From an uncultured virus (IMG/VR IMGVR_UViG_3300037357_000283) (Duplodnaviria; Heunggongvirae; Uroviricota; Caudoviricetes): 20,000 nucleotides of DNA. The stretch lies in the IMG/VR virus record IMGVR_UViG_3300037357_000283. One strand, 5' to 3'. The translations under genes and the position numbers were made by a program. The notes under the pieces are model-generated. The model was not told the DNA's origin. It ran no database searches and saw nothing but the letters and a program-made list of their open reading frames with translations. Shown here one piece after another: positions 1 to 8,643 of the stretch (the first letter of the stretch is position 1; every line of letters starts with the position of its first letter).

Positions 1-387
1 GCGGATAATCTTTTGCTTAATGACGTCGAGTTCAGTGATGAACAGATTCTTTTCGCCTTACTTCGCCCGTTACAGGACTTCGAATCGGCGCCGCCGCCGA
101 TCAGTCAGCATTTTGATACGCGGAATTTTCCTTGGCGCAATGAGTGGCTCGATGCTGCCGCGGGATATCTCCTGCGCTCGGCGGCGGACAATTACCGGCG
201 TAACCGTTTAGCTATCGTTGGTGGCGGTAAACAGTTGGATGTCTTCAACCGCGAGCCCGAATACATGAAGGCGGCGCAGATGCGGATACAGGAATGGAAG
301 TCTTTTGTCGTCGGTAAGAAAGTGCAGCTAAACGCCGCAGCGTGTTTCGGCTCATTTGGTGTTGGTGGCTACGGAGGACGCTGGTGA
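1..387 (+). CDS. Putative head-tail adaptor/neck protein, 5'-truncated
   Basis: Frame is open from base 1 (ADNLLLNDVEFSDEQILFAL...), so the true start is probably upstream of the window. The protein is helical and ends in a Gly-rich tail. Its stop overlaps the next start (GTGA, 384-387). It is first in a neck-terminator-sheath-tube series; function is inferred mainly from position. Confidence 0.5.
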   Translation, partial: ADNLLLNDVEFSDEQILFALLRPLQDFESAPPPISQHFDTRNFPWRNEWLDAAAGYLLRSAADNYRRNRLAIVGGGKQLDVFNREPEYMKAAQMRIQEWKSFVVGKKVQLNAAACFGSFGVGGYGGRW

Positions 388-1265
388 GCGACCTTTCAAC
401 GTCAGCGTGCCGTCCCTGCCCTGCGGCATGTGAGAGTGTTTTTGCGCGGGTGGTGATTTCTTATCTATTGGGCGGTCAGGGGAGCACGGTAGCCTGGACG
501 TTGCAACCAAGTTTCACGCTCCCCCGGCCGTATGAATTTACGTTGCAAGTCAGTCAGGCAAACAACCCCAACGCGGATGATTGGGAGCCGGTTGGGCTGC
601 CCGTTGAAAATGTGTTCACAGCGGTTGATCCAGTACAGCGCTTGTTCGGACTTAATCGCTGGTTGTTCTACCGCGTTAAGCTGGTTGCCGACGGGCAGAC
701 ATTTTACTCTGATCCAACCGGACTGGAAGGAACGCTAAGCCGCTGGGATTGGAATCAAGCGCGAATGGCTATGCGGCAAGAGATTATTGCCATGAAAAAT
801 GGTGATGGTGAGCTGGGTTATCTACTCAAACGGCGGATCGCCGGCCCGCGCTGCCCGCGCTGTACGGATTCCCTGACTGGTGATGTAACTGATGGCCGCT
901 GCCCGATCTGTTCTGGTACGGGTTTCACCTGTGGCTATTTCTTCCCGATTGCCTGCGTCTGGGCGGACATTTCACCTAAAGCCCGTCACCTGACGCTGGA
1001 CCCCAACCGCGGCACGGTGGGTGACACGGTAGTTTCGGCGCGAATCCTTAATCCCTGGATGCTTTCGGAAGAGGATATCTTTGTCAGTAAGGTGTCTGAT
1101 GACCGTTATTATATTCACCGTGTGGCTGACACTTATACGTTTCGTGGTGTTCCCATCGCTGCCAATGTTGAGCTGCGACTGGCTCCGGTCAGTGACTGTG
1201 CTTATACCTTCGTGATTCCCGAGCAGGCGTTGACACCGCTGGCAATGGCTACGATGTTGAGGTAA
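384..1265 (+). CDS. Putative head-closure (stopper/neck) protein with N-terminal FN3/Ig-like domain and CxxC...CxxCxGxG zinc finger
   Basis: Likely start is GTG 384, with SD GGAGG at 373-377, rather than 342. FN3-like pattern VAWT...YEFTLQ...W...FYRVKL. Zn finger CPRC-x13-CPICSGTG. Beta-rich C-terminus (EEDIFVSKVSDDRYYIHRV) resembles head-closure barrels. Lies upstream of terminator and sheath. Confidence 0.55.
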   Translation: MSDLSTSACRPCPAACESVFARVVISYLLGGQGSTVAWTLQPSFTLPRPYEFTLQVSQANNPNADDWEPVGLPVENVFTAVDPVQRLFGLNRWLFYRVKLVADGQTFYSDPTGLEGTLSRWDWNQARMAMRQEIIAMKNGDGELGYLLKRRIAGPRCPRCTDSLTGDVTDGRCPICSGTGFTCGYFFPIACVWADISPKARHLTLDPNRGTVGDTVVSARILNPWMLSEEDIFVSKVSDDRYYIHRVADTYTFRGVPIAANVELRLAPVSDCAYTFVIPEQALTPLAMATMLR

Positions 1266-1267
1266 CG

Positions 1268-1465
1268 ATGTCTGAAGCGCCAACCCGCGATCGACCCGAG
1301 AAACCCGACAAGCGCGATCCGCCTGTGGGGTTGCCCAAAGTGTCGCTGTTTCCGACTAAGAGTCTGTTCGCCAAGGGGCCTGCGCCAGACGAGATCTTTA
1401 CCAATTTGTTCGGCCGGCCGCCCAGCCCGACCAACGGGCGCAGCGGCGTAACCCCGAATCGTTGA
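1268..1465 (+). CDS. Small Pro-rich hypothetical protein (65 aa)
   Basis: Fills the gap between two operon genes. ATG is 2 nt after the upstream stop and preceded by GAGGT. No recognisable motif. Confidence 0.55.
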   Translation: MSEAPTRDRPEKPDKRDPPVGLPKVSLFPTKSLFAKGPAPDEIFTNLFGRPPSPTNGRSGVTPNR

Positions 1466-1466
1466 A

Positions 1467-1486
1467 TTGTATTTCCGGAAATACAA
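1467..1486. promoter_or_regulatory. Perfect 20-bp palindrome TTGTATTTCCGGAAATACAA (operator or RNA hairpin)
   Basis: TTGTATTTCC is the exact reverse complement of GGAAATACAA. It occupies almost the whole spacer between the TGA ending at 1465 and the ATG at 1487. Function is inferred. Confidence 0.55.
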
Positions 1487-2176
1487 ATGCACGATACGCC
1501 GGAAAATACTGATTGGTGCCCCCCGACCCCGACGCCTCCGCCGGCACAGGAGCGCAAGCAGGACATCCTCTGTCCAGACTCGGCAATTGCCCATATCGGG
1601 ATGAATCCTTTTCGGCTCACTGGCCTCCTGCGGCGAATTCTTACGGCGAAATTCACCGATCCCAAGAACATCGAGACGCCAGTTCTCCGTCAGCTCATTT
1701 GGAAGGATGACCCTTCGACAGGTATATTGATTGAGAGCGTTAATCGTTGGGATATGGCCCTGGCAAACAAACGACCGGCTTTGCTGATTAAGCGGAATGG
1801 TTACAAGAATTTCCGTTTCACTATCGGGGACCGGATCGGAATGGACAGTAAAACGAATGATCAGTTTGCTACCGCCTGGCTCGGCTCGCATCAGGTTCTT
1901 TGTATTGGGCAGACCGGGGCCATGGCGGAGCTGCTAGCCAGTGAGGTCCAACGAGAGTTAACCCAGATCGCCCCGGCCGTACTTAAGGCCGTTAACCGGG
2001 GAAATTCGATTCTGGACCGGATGCAGGTCACTGGCGTCGAAGAAACCGCCATTGTTGCCGAGCAGACCGAGAATTTTGCAGTACCGGTTACGATCGGGTT
2101 TGCGTATCAGGAAACTTGGTCCTTGAATCCACGGGCGCTGCCCTTTACCGGGACGATTTTCGAGATTTACGTATGA
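1487..2176 (+). CDS. Putative tail terminator/tail completion protein
   Basis: Last gene before the sheath. Alpha/beta pattern typical of terminators: helix LLRRILTAKF, RPALLIKRNG strand, HQVLCIG followed by helix AELLASEVQREL, and terminal strand FAVPVTIGFAYQETW. Confidence 0.6.
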   Translation: MHDTPENTDWCPPTPTPPPAQERKQDILCPDSAIAHIGMNPFRLTGLLRRILTAKFTDPKNIETPVLRQLIWKDDPSTGILIESVNRWDMALANKRPALLIKRNGYKNFRFTIGDRIGMDSKTNDQFATAWLGSHQVLCIGQTGAMAELLASEVQRELTQIAPAVLKAVNRGNSILDRMQVTGVEETAIVAEQTENFAVPVTIGFAYQETWSLNPRALPFTGTIFEIYV

Positions 2177-2177
2177 A

Positions 2178-2314
2178 GGCGAAAATATCCATGAGTCTGG
2201 ACGTAGACTTTGGTCGGGAGCGGGCAGTAAGACGCCATCAGGCGCGGCCCGCGTTGCGGAATCGTCCGCTGTGACCGCCGAATCCCACGGCCTTTAGCCG
2301 TGGGAGTGCGTCAA
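2178..2314 (+). mobile_element. IS200/IS605-family (tnpB-type) 3' remnant: right-end hairpin plus omegaRNA-like scaffold
   Basis: GAATCCCACGGC-CTTTA-GCCGTGGGAGTGCGTCAA contains a perfect 9-bp stem (2283-2291/2297-2305) and ends in TCAA (2311-2314), the typical IS605-type right end. Upstream nested stems: AGTCT/AGACT, GCGGGC/GCCCGC enclosing GTAAGA-CGCC/GGCG, GCGGA/TCCGC and GGTC/GACC. Frame 2181-2297 reads ENIHESGRRLW...ESHGL*, like a TnpB C-terminus. No tnpA or tnpB body in the window. Confidence 0.75.
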
Positions 2315-2364
2315 GTGTAGCCTGCACGAGGCAGGTCAGATAACGCGAAGTACGGAGATTTTTT

Positions 2365-5199
2365 ATGTCCCAATACACTGTTCCTTCTGTTAACATCAGC
2401 CAAGACTTTCAGGAATCCCCCAACGTTGCAGCGCCTACTCTGAGCGCTTACGTCTGCGGCGGAGTCGTGCAAGCGATTCGTTTCGCTGAGCCAACTGAGC
2501 AGCCTTTGGGTGCCTTGGGTGCTTACAACCCGGATGTTCCAACCAGTTACGTCTGGCCCAATCGACAGGCAGGCGGCCTGGTTGATCCAACCTCGGTCCA
2601 GCTGTGGGTGAATAACGCCATCCTCAACTATTACAGCGGGGCCGGCGCCGGGGTTAAAGTCATCAATGGCCTCAACAAGATCCGTATCGGGGCACTAAAT
2701 CTTGCGACCAATGGAAGCTTTACCCGTAACGCTGTTTTTGGCGATCGCGATGTCGCCCCCGGTGATGTCGTGCAGGCGACTTTTGCGACCTCCCCGCCGG
2801 TAACCGTATGGAGCACGGTGCAGAGCCTCCTTGGCGATGCCGTGGCTTCAGCGCTCGGCACAACCACTAAAGATAGCGGCAATAACGCGACGACCGCCGC
2901 GGCGACTTCCTTCGGGCAGACGAGTGGTCCGATCAATGCGGTTGAAATTGCCTCCGCTTCGGCGACGGCGTACAACCCGTATCTGACCGGACGGGGTCAT
3001 GAGACCTACACGATCATCGTGACCAGTTCCTCAATGAACGGGAATTTTCCTCTCGCCCGTCTGCAGGTCATCTCGGCGTCAGGGCTCGATAACCAAGCTA
3101 GTGTTACGCCAGCAGCCCACGGCTCTCCAACGGCTATCGGTACGCTAGGGGCGACCGTAACTTTCACCGCTGGTCGCGGTTCGGGATATTCCCTGGATGC
3201 CACCGAGGAAGGGCTCAGTCCCGATGATCTGCTCGCTGGGCAGACTTTCACGCTTACCGTAACCGCGACTTTCACCGCAATTGCGGCGCCAACAGTCAGT
3301 GGAACTTATACAGGTACGGATAGCACGACTTATATCGTTACTGTGTCCAAAGGAAACAAGTACGCGACTGCCCCGGCACAGATCACGGTGACGACCATTG
3401 ATGGTTCAGATATCAGTGGTCCGACCAACGTTACCGCAGCGGCAACGCCCGTAGTGATTGGTAATTTTGGCGTCAGTATTACTTTTGCCGGCCTGGGTTT
3501 GGCTTTGGGGGATCGCTTTTATGTGCCTGTGACGGCGGCAGGCACAGGCCAGTTGCGGACCTTGGTGCTCGGCAACACGATTCCGTCGTCCATCCCTGAT
3601 GGAACGGTGGCCGACATCTCGTTGTATATTCTTGAACCAACGGCACAGATCAATATCGATCGCCTGGAAGCGCCGCCTCTGACCAATTACGCGAGCAGCA
3701 CTACGCAGATCACAGTCCCGACCGGGGTTACTTTGTATACTCCCAGCTGGACGGTCGATGGGATTCCTGAACCATTGCCGCTGGCTAGTGGTCCCGGCTA
3801 TGGCAATTTGTTTGTTCAATACACCGCCTGGTTGCCTAACGTCTCGGGAACGGTCAGCACGCCCGCGGATCTGGCTAATCTCCCTGGGCCACTTGATCCG
3901 ATTAACCCTCTTAAGTGGGCTTTGGCGCAGGCCCTGACCAACTCCAACGGTGTGCCGGTTTACTATCAAAGCGTCACCGATCCAACGAATGTCGATGATT
4001 GGCAGGCTGTGCTCAGTATTCTGGAGACCACGGATGGCCCCTACGGCCTTGTACCGTTGACGCACAACACGACCGTACTCGATCTGTTTGAAGCTTATAT
4101 CAACACAGAGTCTTCATCCGCCAACAACCGCTGGTGTGTTTTGTGGGCTTCGTTATCTGGCTTGCCTACCGTGCCGATTGTCTCTGCCGGTAGTACGGTG
4201 CCGGGCTATCTCGCGGCAACGACCAGCGACGGTAACGTGGCTCTGGCTACGGTCGTTAATAATCCCAACGAAGTCGGCACGAATTACACGATGGTGACAG
4301 TGACCTCCGGGAACGCCGTGTTTACCACCAACAACGTGCAGGCCGGGGATATTCTGCGCATCAATTTTACGACCGACGGTTTTGGTGATGTTGGCTACTC
4401 TGAATATGTCGTTGATTCGGTGCTGACGCAGGAAACCCTTATTCTGCTGGCTGGCCCGGCTGCGGCCATTAATGTCGCCAGCAAGATCGAAGTCTGGCGG
4501 AATCTCTCGGCCGACGCTGAAGCCGCTGCCATCGGGCAGGTCGCTGCCGCTTATGCTAATCGCCGTGTCCGTGCCGTCTGGCCCGATACGATCAATACCG
4601 GGACAACGGTCATGGATGGTTTCCATCTCTGCGCTGCTCTGGCGGGGCTTCGCTCGGGTGTCTTGCCGCAGCAAGGTCTTACCCGCGTGCCGGTACAGGG
4701 CTTCACGTCGGTTCCGCGGACAACGCAGCACTTTAACCGGTCGCAGTTGGACGTGATGGCCGGTAGTGGGGTCTGGATTGTCACCCAGAACGCGGCGGGA
4801 ACGATCTACAACCGCCACGCGGTAACCACCGGGCCTTATTCGGATATCAACCAGCGCGAGGAAATGGTTACCAGCAACGTTGACAGCATTTGTCAGCAGC
4901 TTCTGGAGCTGTTTAACCCTTATATTGGGTTGACCAACGTCACGGCCAATCTGATCGGCGTATTGCGGTTGGATATCCTAGCCCTCAGTGCGGTATTGAC
5001 CAACGCCAGCACGACGCCGTTGCTGGGTGGGCAATTGACCAGTGATATCGTTATCTTGAGCCTGCAGCAGAGCCCGCTGCAGGCGGATCACATTCAGTTC
5101 AGCGCCCAATTACCGCTGCCGGCGCCTTTCAATAACGCAGACGTCGATCTATTAATCAGTACCCAGCTGAACACGACGGCGACAGTTGCAGCGACGTAA
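2365..5199 (+). CDS. Contractile tail sheath protein with multiple inserted beta-rich domains
   Basis: N-terminal Y..PSVNISQ motif. C-terminal sheath core CAALAGLRSG..PQQGLTRVPVQG..FNRSQLDVMAGSGVWIV...RHAVTT...REEMVTSNVDSI...FNPYIG. SD GGAG upstream. Followed by the tube gene. Confidence 0.9.
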   Translation: MSQYTVPSVNISQDFQESPNVAAPTLSAYVCGGVVQAIRFAEPTEQPLGALGAYNPDVPTSYVWPNRQAGGLVDPTSVQLWVNNAILNYYSGAGAGVKVINGLNKIRIGALNLATNGSFTRNAVFGDRDVAPGDVVQATFATSPPVTVWSTVQSLLGDAVASALGTTTKDSGNNATTAAATSFGQTSGPINAVEIASASATAYNPYLTGRGHETYTIIVTSSSMNGNFPLARLQVISASGLDNQASVTPAAHGSPTAIGTLGATVTFTAGRGSGYSLDATEEGLSPDDLLAGQTFTLTVTATFTAIAAPTVSGTYTGTDSTTYIVTVSKGNKYATAPAQITVTTIDGSDISGPTNVTAAATPVVIGNFGVSITFAGLGLALGDRFYVPVTAAGTGQLRTLVLGNTIPSSIPDGTVADISLYILEPTAQINIDRLEAPPLTNYASSTTQITVPTGVTLYTPSWTVDGIPEPLPLASGPGYGNLFVQYTAWLPNVSGTVSTPADLANLPGPLDPINPLKWALAQALTNSNGVPVYYQSVTDPTNVDDWQAVLSILETTDGPYGLVPLTHNTTVLDLFEAYINTESSSANNRWCVLWASLSGLPTVPIVSAGSTVPGYLAATTSDGNVALATVVNNPNEVGTNYTMVTVTSGNAVFTTNNVQAGDILRINFTTDGFGDVGYSEYVVDSVLTQETLILLAGPAAAINVASKIEVWRNLSADAEAAAIGQVAAAYANRRVRAVWPDTINTGTTVMDGFHLCAALAGLRSGVLPQQGLTRVPVQGFTSVPRTTQHFNRSQLDVMAGSGVWIVTQNAAGTIYNRHAVTTGPYSDINQREEMVTSNVDSICQQLLELFNPYIGLTNVTANLIGVLRLDILALSAVLTNASTTPLLGGQLTSDIVILSLQQSPLQADHIQFSAQLPLPAPFNNADVDLLISTQLNTTATVAAT

Positions 5200-5207
5200 T
5201 TTGTAGT

Positions 5208-5237
5208 GGGATATCGCCGGCGTTCGAGCGATATCTT
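5208..5237 (+). promoter_or_regulatory. Intergenic stem-loop between sheath and tube genes
   Basis: GATATCGC (5210-5217) pairs with GCGATATC (5228-5235), extendable by two G-U pairs. There is no long U tract, so it is not a clear terminator. Confidence 0.35.
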
Positions 5238-5323
5238 AACTGCGGGATCAGAATCGAACGCGCGATGGCCGTTTTGTTGGAATTTAACCACGATCAGAAT
5301 AGCGGACAGGAGGTCCGCAAGTC

Positions 5324-5869
5324 ATGGCAACCGACATTTTCTCACGCGATACCAGTGTTTTAGGCGGAGTCTTTACGTCTGATCGTGCCAAATTGTTCTT
5401 TGGCTCCGGCCTGGGGATCGGACAAATAGTACAGCAGATGCAGGTCTCGTACAGTCAAAGCGTTACCCGACTGTACGAGGTTGGTTCGAACTACATCTAC
5501 TACGTCGGTGGCCGCACACAGGGGCAGATGGCGATCTCCAGAGTCATTGGCCCTGCCGGCACAATGATTGCTTTCTACCAGACCTTTGGCGACGTCTGTA
5601 ACGCCAAGAACAACATCATCAACATGCAGCTTGCCGAGACGGATTGTTCCCAGGGGGGTGCCACCGGTACGAACAACTTCGACCTGGCTAATTGCGTGGT
5701 CACCGTCGTTGGCTTCGCCGTGCAGAGCCAGGACATGATGATCAGCGAAAGTACGACCCTGATGTTTAGTTCGCTGTCGGTTACGGTTACCGGCAACGGC
5801 ACTGTAACGGCTGCGCCGGTCGGTGGCGCTGGAACCGCCAACAGCGCGTTCCAGACCGCTGCAGCTTAA
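5324..5869 (+). CDS. Tail tube protein
   Basis: 181 aa, directly after the sheath gene, with strong SD AGGAGG. Tube-fold pattern VQQMQVSYSQSVTRLYEVGSNYIYYVGGRTQGQMAISRV...LANCVVTVVGFAV....MISESTTLMF. Confidence 0.85.
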   Translation: MATDIFSRDTSVLGGVFTSDRAKLFFGSGLGIGQIVQQMQVSYSQSVTRLYEVGSNYIYYVGGRTQGQMAISRVIGPAGTMIAFYQTFGDVCNAKNNIINMQLAETDCSQGGATGTNNFDLANCVVTVVGFAVQSQDMMISESTTLMFSSLSVTVTGNGTVTAAPVGGAGTANSAFQTAAA

Positions 5870-5907
5870 TTTGCCGGTTGTTAATCTTCACGGCATGATG
5901 GGCCACC

Positions 5908-8613
5908 ATGGCCGACAATAATAATGATTTCACGGTTGTTCGCGATGGTCGTATTGATGATGTCGTAGAACACGTCCACGCTAGTGACCGCCTGGGACAA
6001 AGCCGTAATGCCCCGGTAAGCGATACTTCCCGGGGCATCGCCGCAGAAACCGGTCACGCTTCTTTCGGTAATCGTCTGCTGACTGGCCACATTGTCTTTG
6101 CCTTGCCCAATCTCAACTGGTATCGCGTGCAGATGGACGGCACCGGGGCAGTCATTCCTTGTTTCTCTTTGATCGAATGTGGCGGAACGCCACTGGGTCC
6201 GCGCCCGACCGGTACGACTCCGCCACGGACCAGTGTTGTTATTCATCTCGACCCCGTGCGCCAGCAGGGCATGATTATCGGCATCATCCCGCCCCTGCTG
6301 GCCGATATGTATGCTGCAGCGCCCGATGTCATTCACCAAGCCTCCGGCGCCGGCCTCAGCCGCGAGAAGGTCTATAACGCGGTCTTCACTCAGTTTCGCG
6401 AAGGAGGGACCCAGCACCGCGGAGCTAATCGACCCCTTGATTCCACCAGTCTCGAGTGGGGTCGCATCTGTGAAACGGGAACGATGATTCATCTCGATCC
6501 GTTTCTGATTACGTTGCGGGTTAACGAACTTTGCGGGCTCTGGTTGCATTATCATGACGATTTTCTGCGTATGGCCGCGTGGAATCACGACTGTTTCACG
6601 GCGACGCACAGCTTGGCGATTCGGCACGATGAGGGTGAAAACCACCTGATCGAAGAGCATTACGTTTATCCGTGGGAAGGCTCGGGGTTGTACGGTGCGC
6701 CGGGGACAAACCTTACAACGGCGTTCGACCCGAAAGAGGTTCAATACAGCGGAGAAAAAAGCTACGTTGATTTGCCCGATGGCGCTGAAGATCTTAAGCC
6801 GATTCCGCGTTACACACGCTACGGGGGTTATCTTGGCCAGGGTGAACACCAACTGGTCAGCGTACCGGGTAAATCTAGTGGCCAGCGTAAAGCCAGCGAT
6901 GATCCAACCCAATCTCCCGATATCGGAGTCTTCGAGGAGTTTACCGGACTCGATGGCACGCACGCGGTGCGATCAGCCAAACAACTCATCCGGATGAAGT
7001 ATTCCCTGATTCCGGTTCCCTTTCAGAAGTTGCCTCCGGAGGACCCGACCGGAGATGACGCGACAACGAATAACTATCGTTTCAGTAGTCAGTTTGGGCA
7101 CGGTCCGCCGCACAAGGTCAGTGACATCAAGATCACGGCGCCGACCGATGCCCGTCAGCTTCTCCGCGCCGCGGGGATTCTTGATTTCCTGGCTTATGCT
7201 TTTAATTGGCAGGGGCTGCATCCCTTCTATTACCACACCAAAGATTTCGCGGTTATTGATGAGAGCAAGCTGGCCGGGGCTACAGCGCTTGGGCCAGCGC
7301 AGGAGAAGTTAAACTTTCAGACGCTGACAAGTCAATCCAATCTCCCCGACGCGACGGCGCAATCGATTAATGTCGATCAACGTTACGGCGCGGTTACCTA
7401 TACCCAACGTATCAGTTACGACGTCATGGCAGAAGACGGCAGCTTGATTCGCGGCGACGGTAGTGGTTGCGAAGAGCTGATGATCGGGGGAACGACCAAG
7501 TACACCATGCCTGGTGATTTTGTGGTTCAAGCGGGGCGGCGAATTATCCTCATGGCTGATGACATCATTTTTCGCTCCAGGAAGTCTGTTGATATCAGCG
7601 GAGGCACCGGCGATGTGCATATTAAAGCCGAGAAGAACTTGCAGCTGTTGTCAAACAGCGGTGGCGTTCTGGTGCAGAGCAATACACCTTTTGCCGGGCA
7701 ATACACCAGCGCCGGCGGCGCAGCGCTGGTCGGCGAAAATGTCATCAGCGGGGGTATTGTTTTTAAGAGCCCCTCGGTGATCAGCTGGGCATCCCAGATC
7801 TATTTGCGAACTGGCGGTGGGCCTTTTAGTAATGGAAACATCACCATCGACGCTGGTGCCGGTAATGGTGATGTTGTGACTAAGGCAGACACGCGCGTCG
7901 ATTTCTTGGTTGATGGAAGCTACCTCTACATTGGCAATCTTGGCGCGCCTACCAAGACAACGCATATTTTTTCAGGTGGTGGTGTTGTTCTGGATGCCGA
8001 GACCGTTATCAATGGCGAGACTGTGATCCTGGGTAATATTGCCCAGCAGGGATACATGGAGAACACCGCTGGATTTGGTTCTGCCGTTGCCCAGGTTACG
8101 GGTGGGCTTATCGGGCAGATTCTGGACATCAATGGGTTTACTGCGGCTTTGCAGTCTGAGCTGTCGGGGGTCAATGGAACTAATAAAACTGGTGACACGG
8201 CCGCAACGCAGATGATCACCAACCAGTTTTATAAAGCTGGGCAGGCGGGAAACTCGGCGGTAATTACCGCCGCTGGATTCAGCTTCCGCGATGATGCACT
8301 CGGATCGCAGTACGGTACGGCGAATTTCGTCATGATCGAGCCGCGCTGGCAGGCTATGGTTCGGATGAACATGGCCAGCGGTGGAATTCCCTGGAGTGAG
8401 CCTGCGGTTCATTACCAGAACCTTGAGTTGCTGCCTTACCCCGGCAATAAAGCGTGGAATGGGCCGACCTTGCTGCAGCTTTCATCGCTGCAGATGTTTG
8501 ACATCCAGGGCTTTGCCAAGGATCGCGCCAGTGCCATTTATGCATCACCAGCGCTGGGCGCGGCCAACCCCGTGACACCTGCGGGTAATTTCCTTACACT
8601 GGCGAACGCATAA
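5908..8613 (+). CDS. Large baseplate central spike protein (gp5/gpV/VgrG-spike-like)
   Basis: N-terminal OB-fold-like segment (GHIVFALPNLNWYRVQM...IPC...TSVVIHL...GMIIGIIP). Beta-helix-like short repeats (GDFVVQAGRRIILMADDIIFRSRKSVDISGGTGDVHIKAEKNLQLLS; GNITIDAGAGNGDVVTKA). Long C-terminal extension. Confidence 0.65.
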   Translation: MADNNNDFTVVRDGRIDDVVEHVHASDRLGQSRNAPVSDTSRGIAAETGHASFGNRLLTGHIVFALPNLNWYRVQMDGTGAVIPCFSLIECGGTPLGPRPTGTTPPRTSVVIHLDPVRQQGMIIGIIPPLLADMYAAAPDVIHQASGAGLSREKVYNAVFTQFREGGTQHRGANRPLDSTSLEWGRICETGTMIHLDPFLITLRVNELCGLWLHYHDDFLRMAAWNHDCFTATHSLAIRHDEGENHLIEEHYVYPWEGSGLYGAPGTNLTTAFDPKEVQYSGEKSYVDLPDGAEDLKPIPRYTRYGGYLGQGEHQLVSVPGKSSGQRKASDDPTQSPDIGVFEEFTGLDGTHAVRSAKQLIRMKYSLIPVPFQKLPPEDPTGDDATTNNYRFSSQFGHGPPHKVSDIKITAPTDARQLLRAAGILDFLAYAFNWQGLHPFYYHTKDFAVIDESKLAGATALGPAQEKLNFQTLTSQSNLPDATAQSINVDQRYGAVTYTQRISYDVMAEDGSLIRGDGSGCEELMIGGTTKYTMPGDFVVQAGRRIILMADDIIFRSRKSVDISGGTGDVHIKAEKNLQLLSNSGGVLVQSNTPFAGQYTSAGGAALVGENVISGGIVFKSPSVISWASQIYLRTGGGPFSNGNITIDAGAGNGDVVTKADTRVDFLVDGSYLYIGNLGAPTKTTHIFSGGGVVLDAETVINGETVILGNIAQQGYMENTAGFGSAVAQVTGGLIGQILDINGFTAALQSELSGVNGTNKTGDTAATQMITNQFYKAGQAGNSAVITAAGFSFRDDALGSQYGTANFVMIEPRWQAMVRMNMASGGIPWSEPAVHYQNLELLPYPGNKAWNGPTLLQLSSLQMFDIQGFAKDRASAIYASPALGAANPVTPAGNFLTLANA

Positions 8614-8643
8614 TCCAAATCGGCTTTAACACGGAGGTTTTCG

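Noticed and set aside
342..383. ORF-track start at 342
   Set aside because: It overlaps the upstream gene. GTG 384 has a good SD and a GTGA coupling overlap.
2283..2305. Hairpin as a rho-independent terminator or CRISPR repeat
   Set aside because: No U tract and only a single copy. The context (GAATCCC...GTCAA) fits an IS200/IS605 right end.
5899..5911. Kozak-like GCCACCATGG at the spike start
   Set aside because: Single occurrence in a prokaryotic operon that uses SD motifs; likely chance.
5881..6963. Long minus-strand ORFs (360 aa here; also 1202-1891, 3406-4065, 4153-4818, 8803-9531, 9528-10253)
   Set aside because: They are antisense shadows of well-supported + strand genes, with no recognisable motifs.
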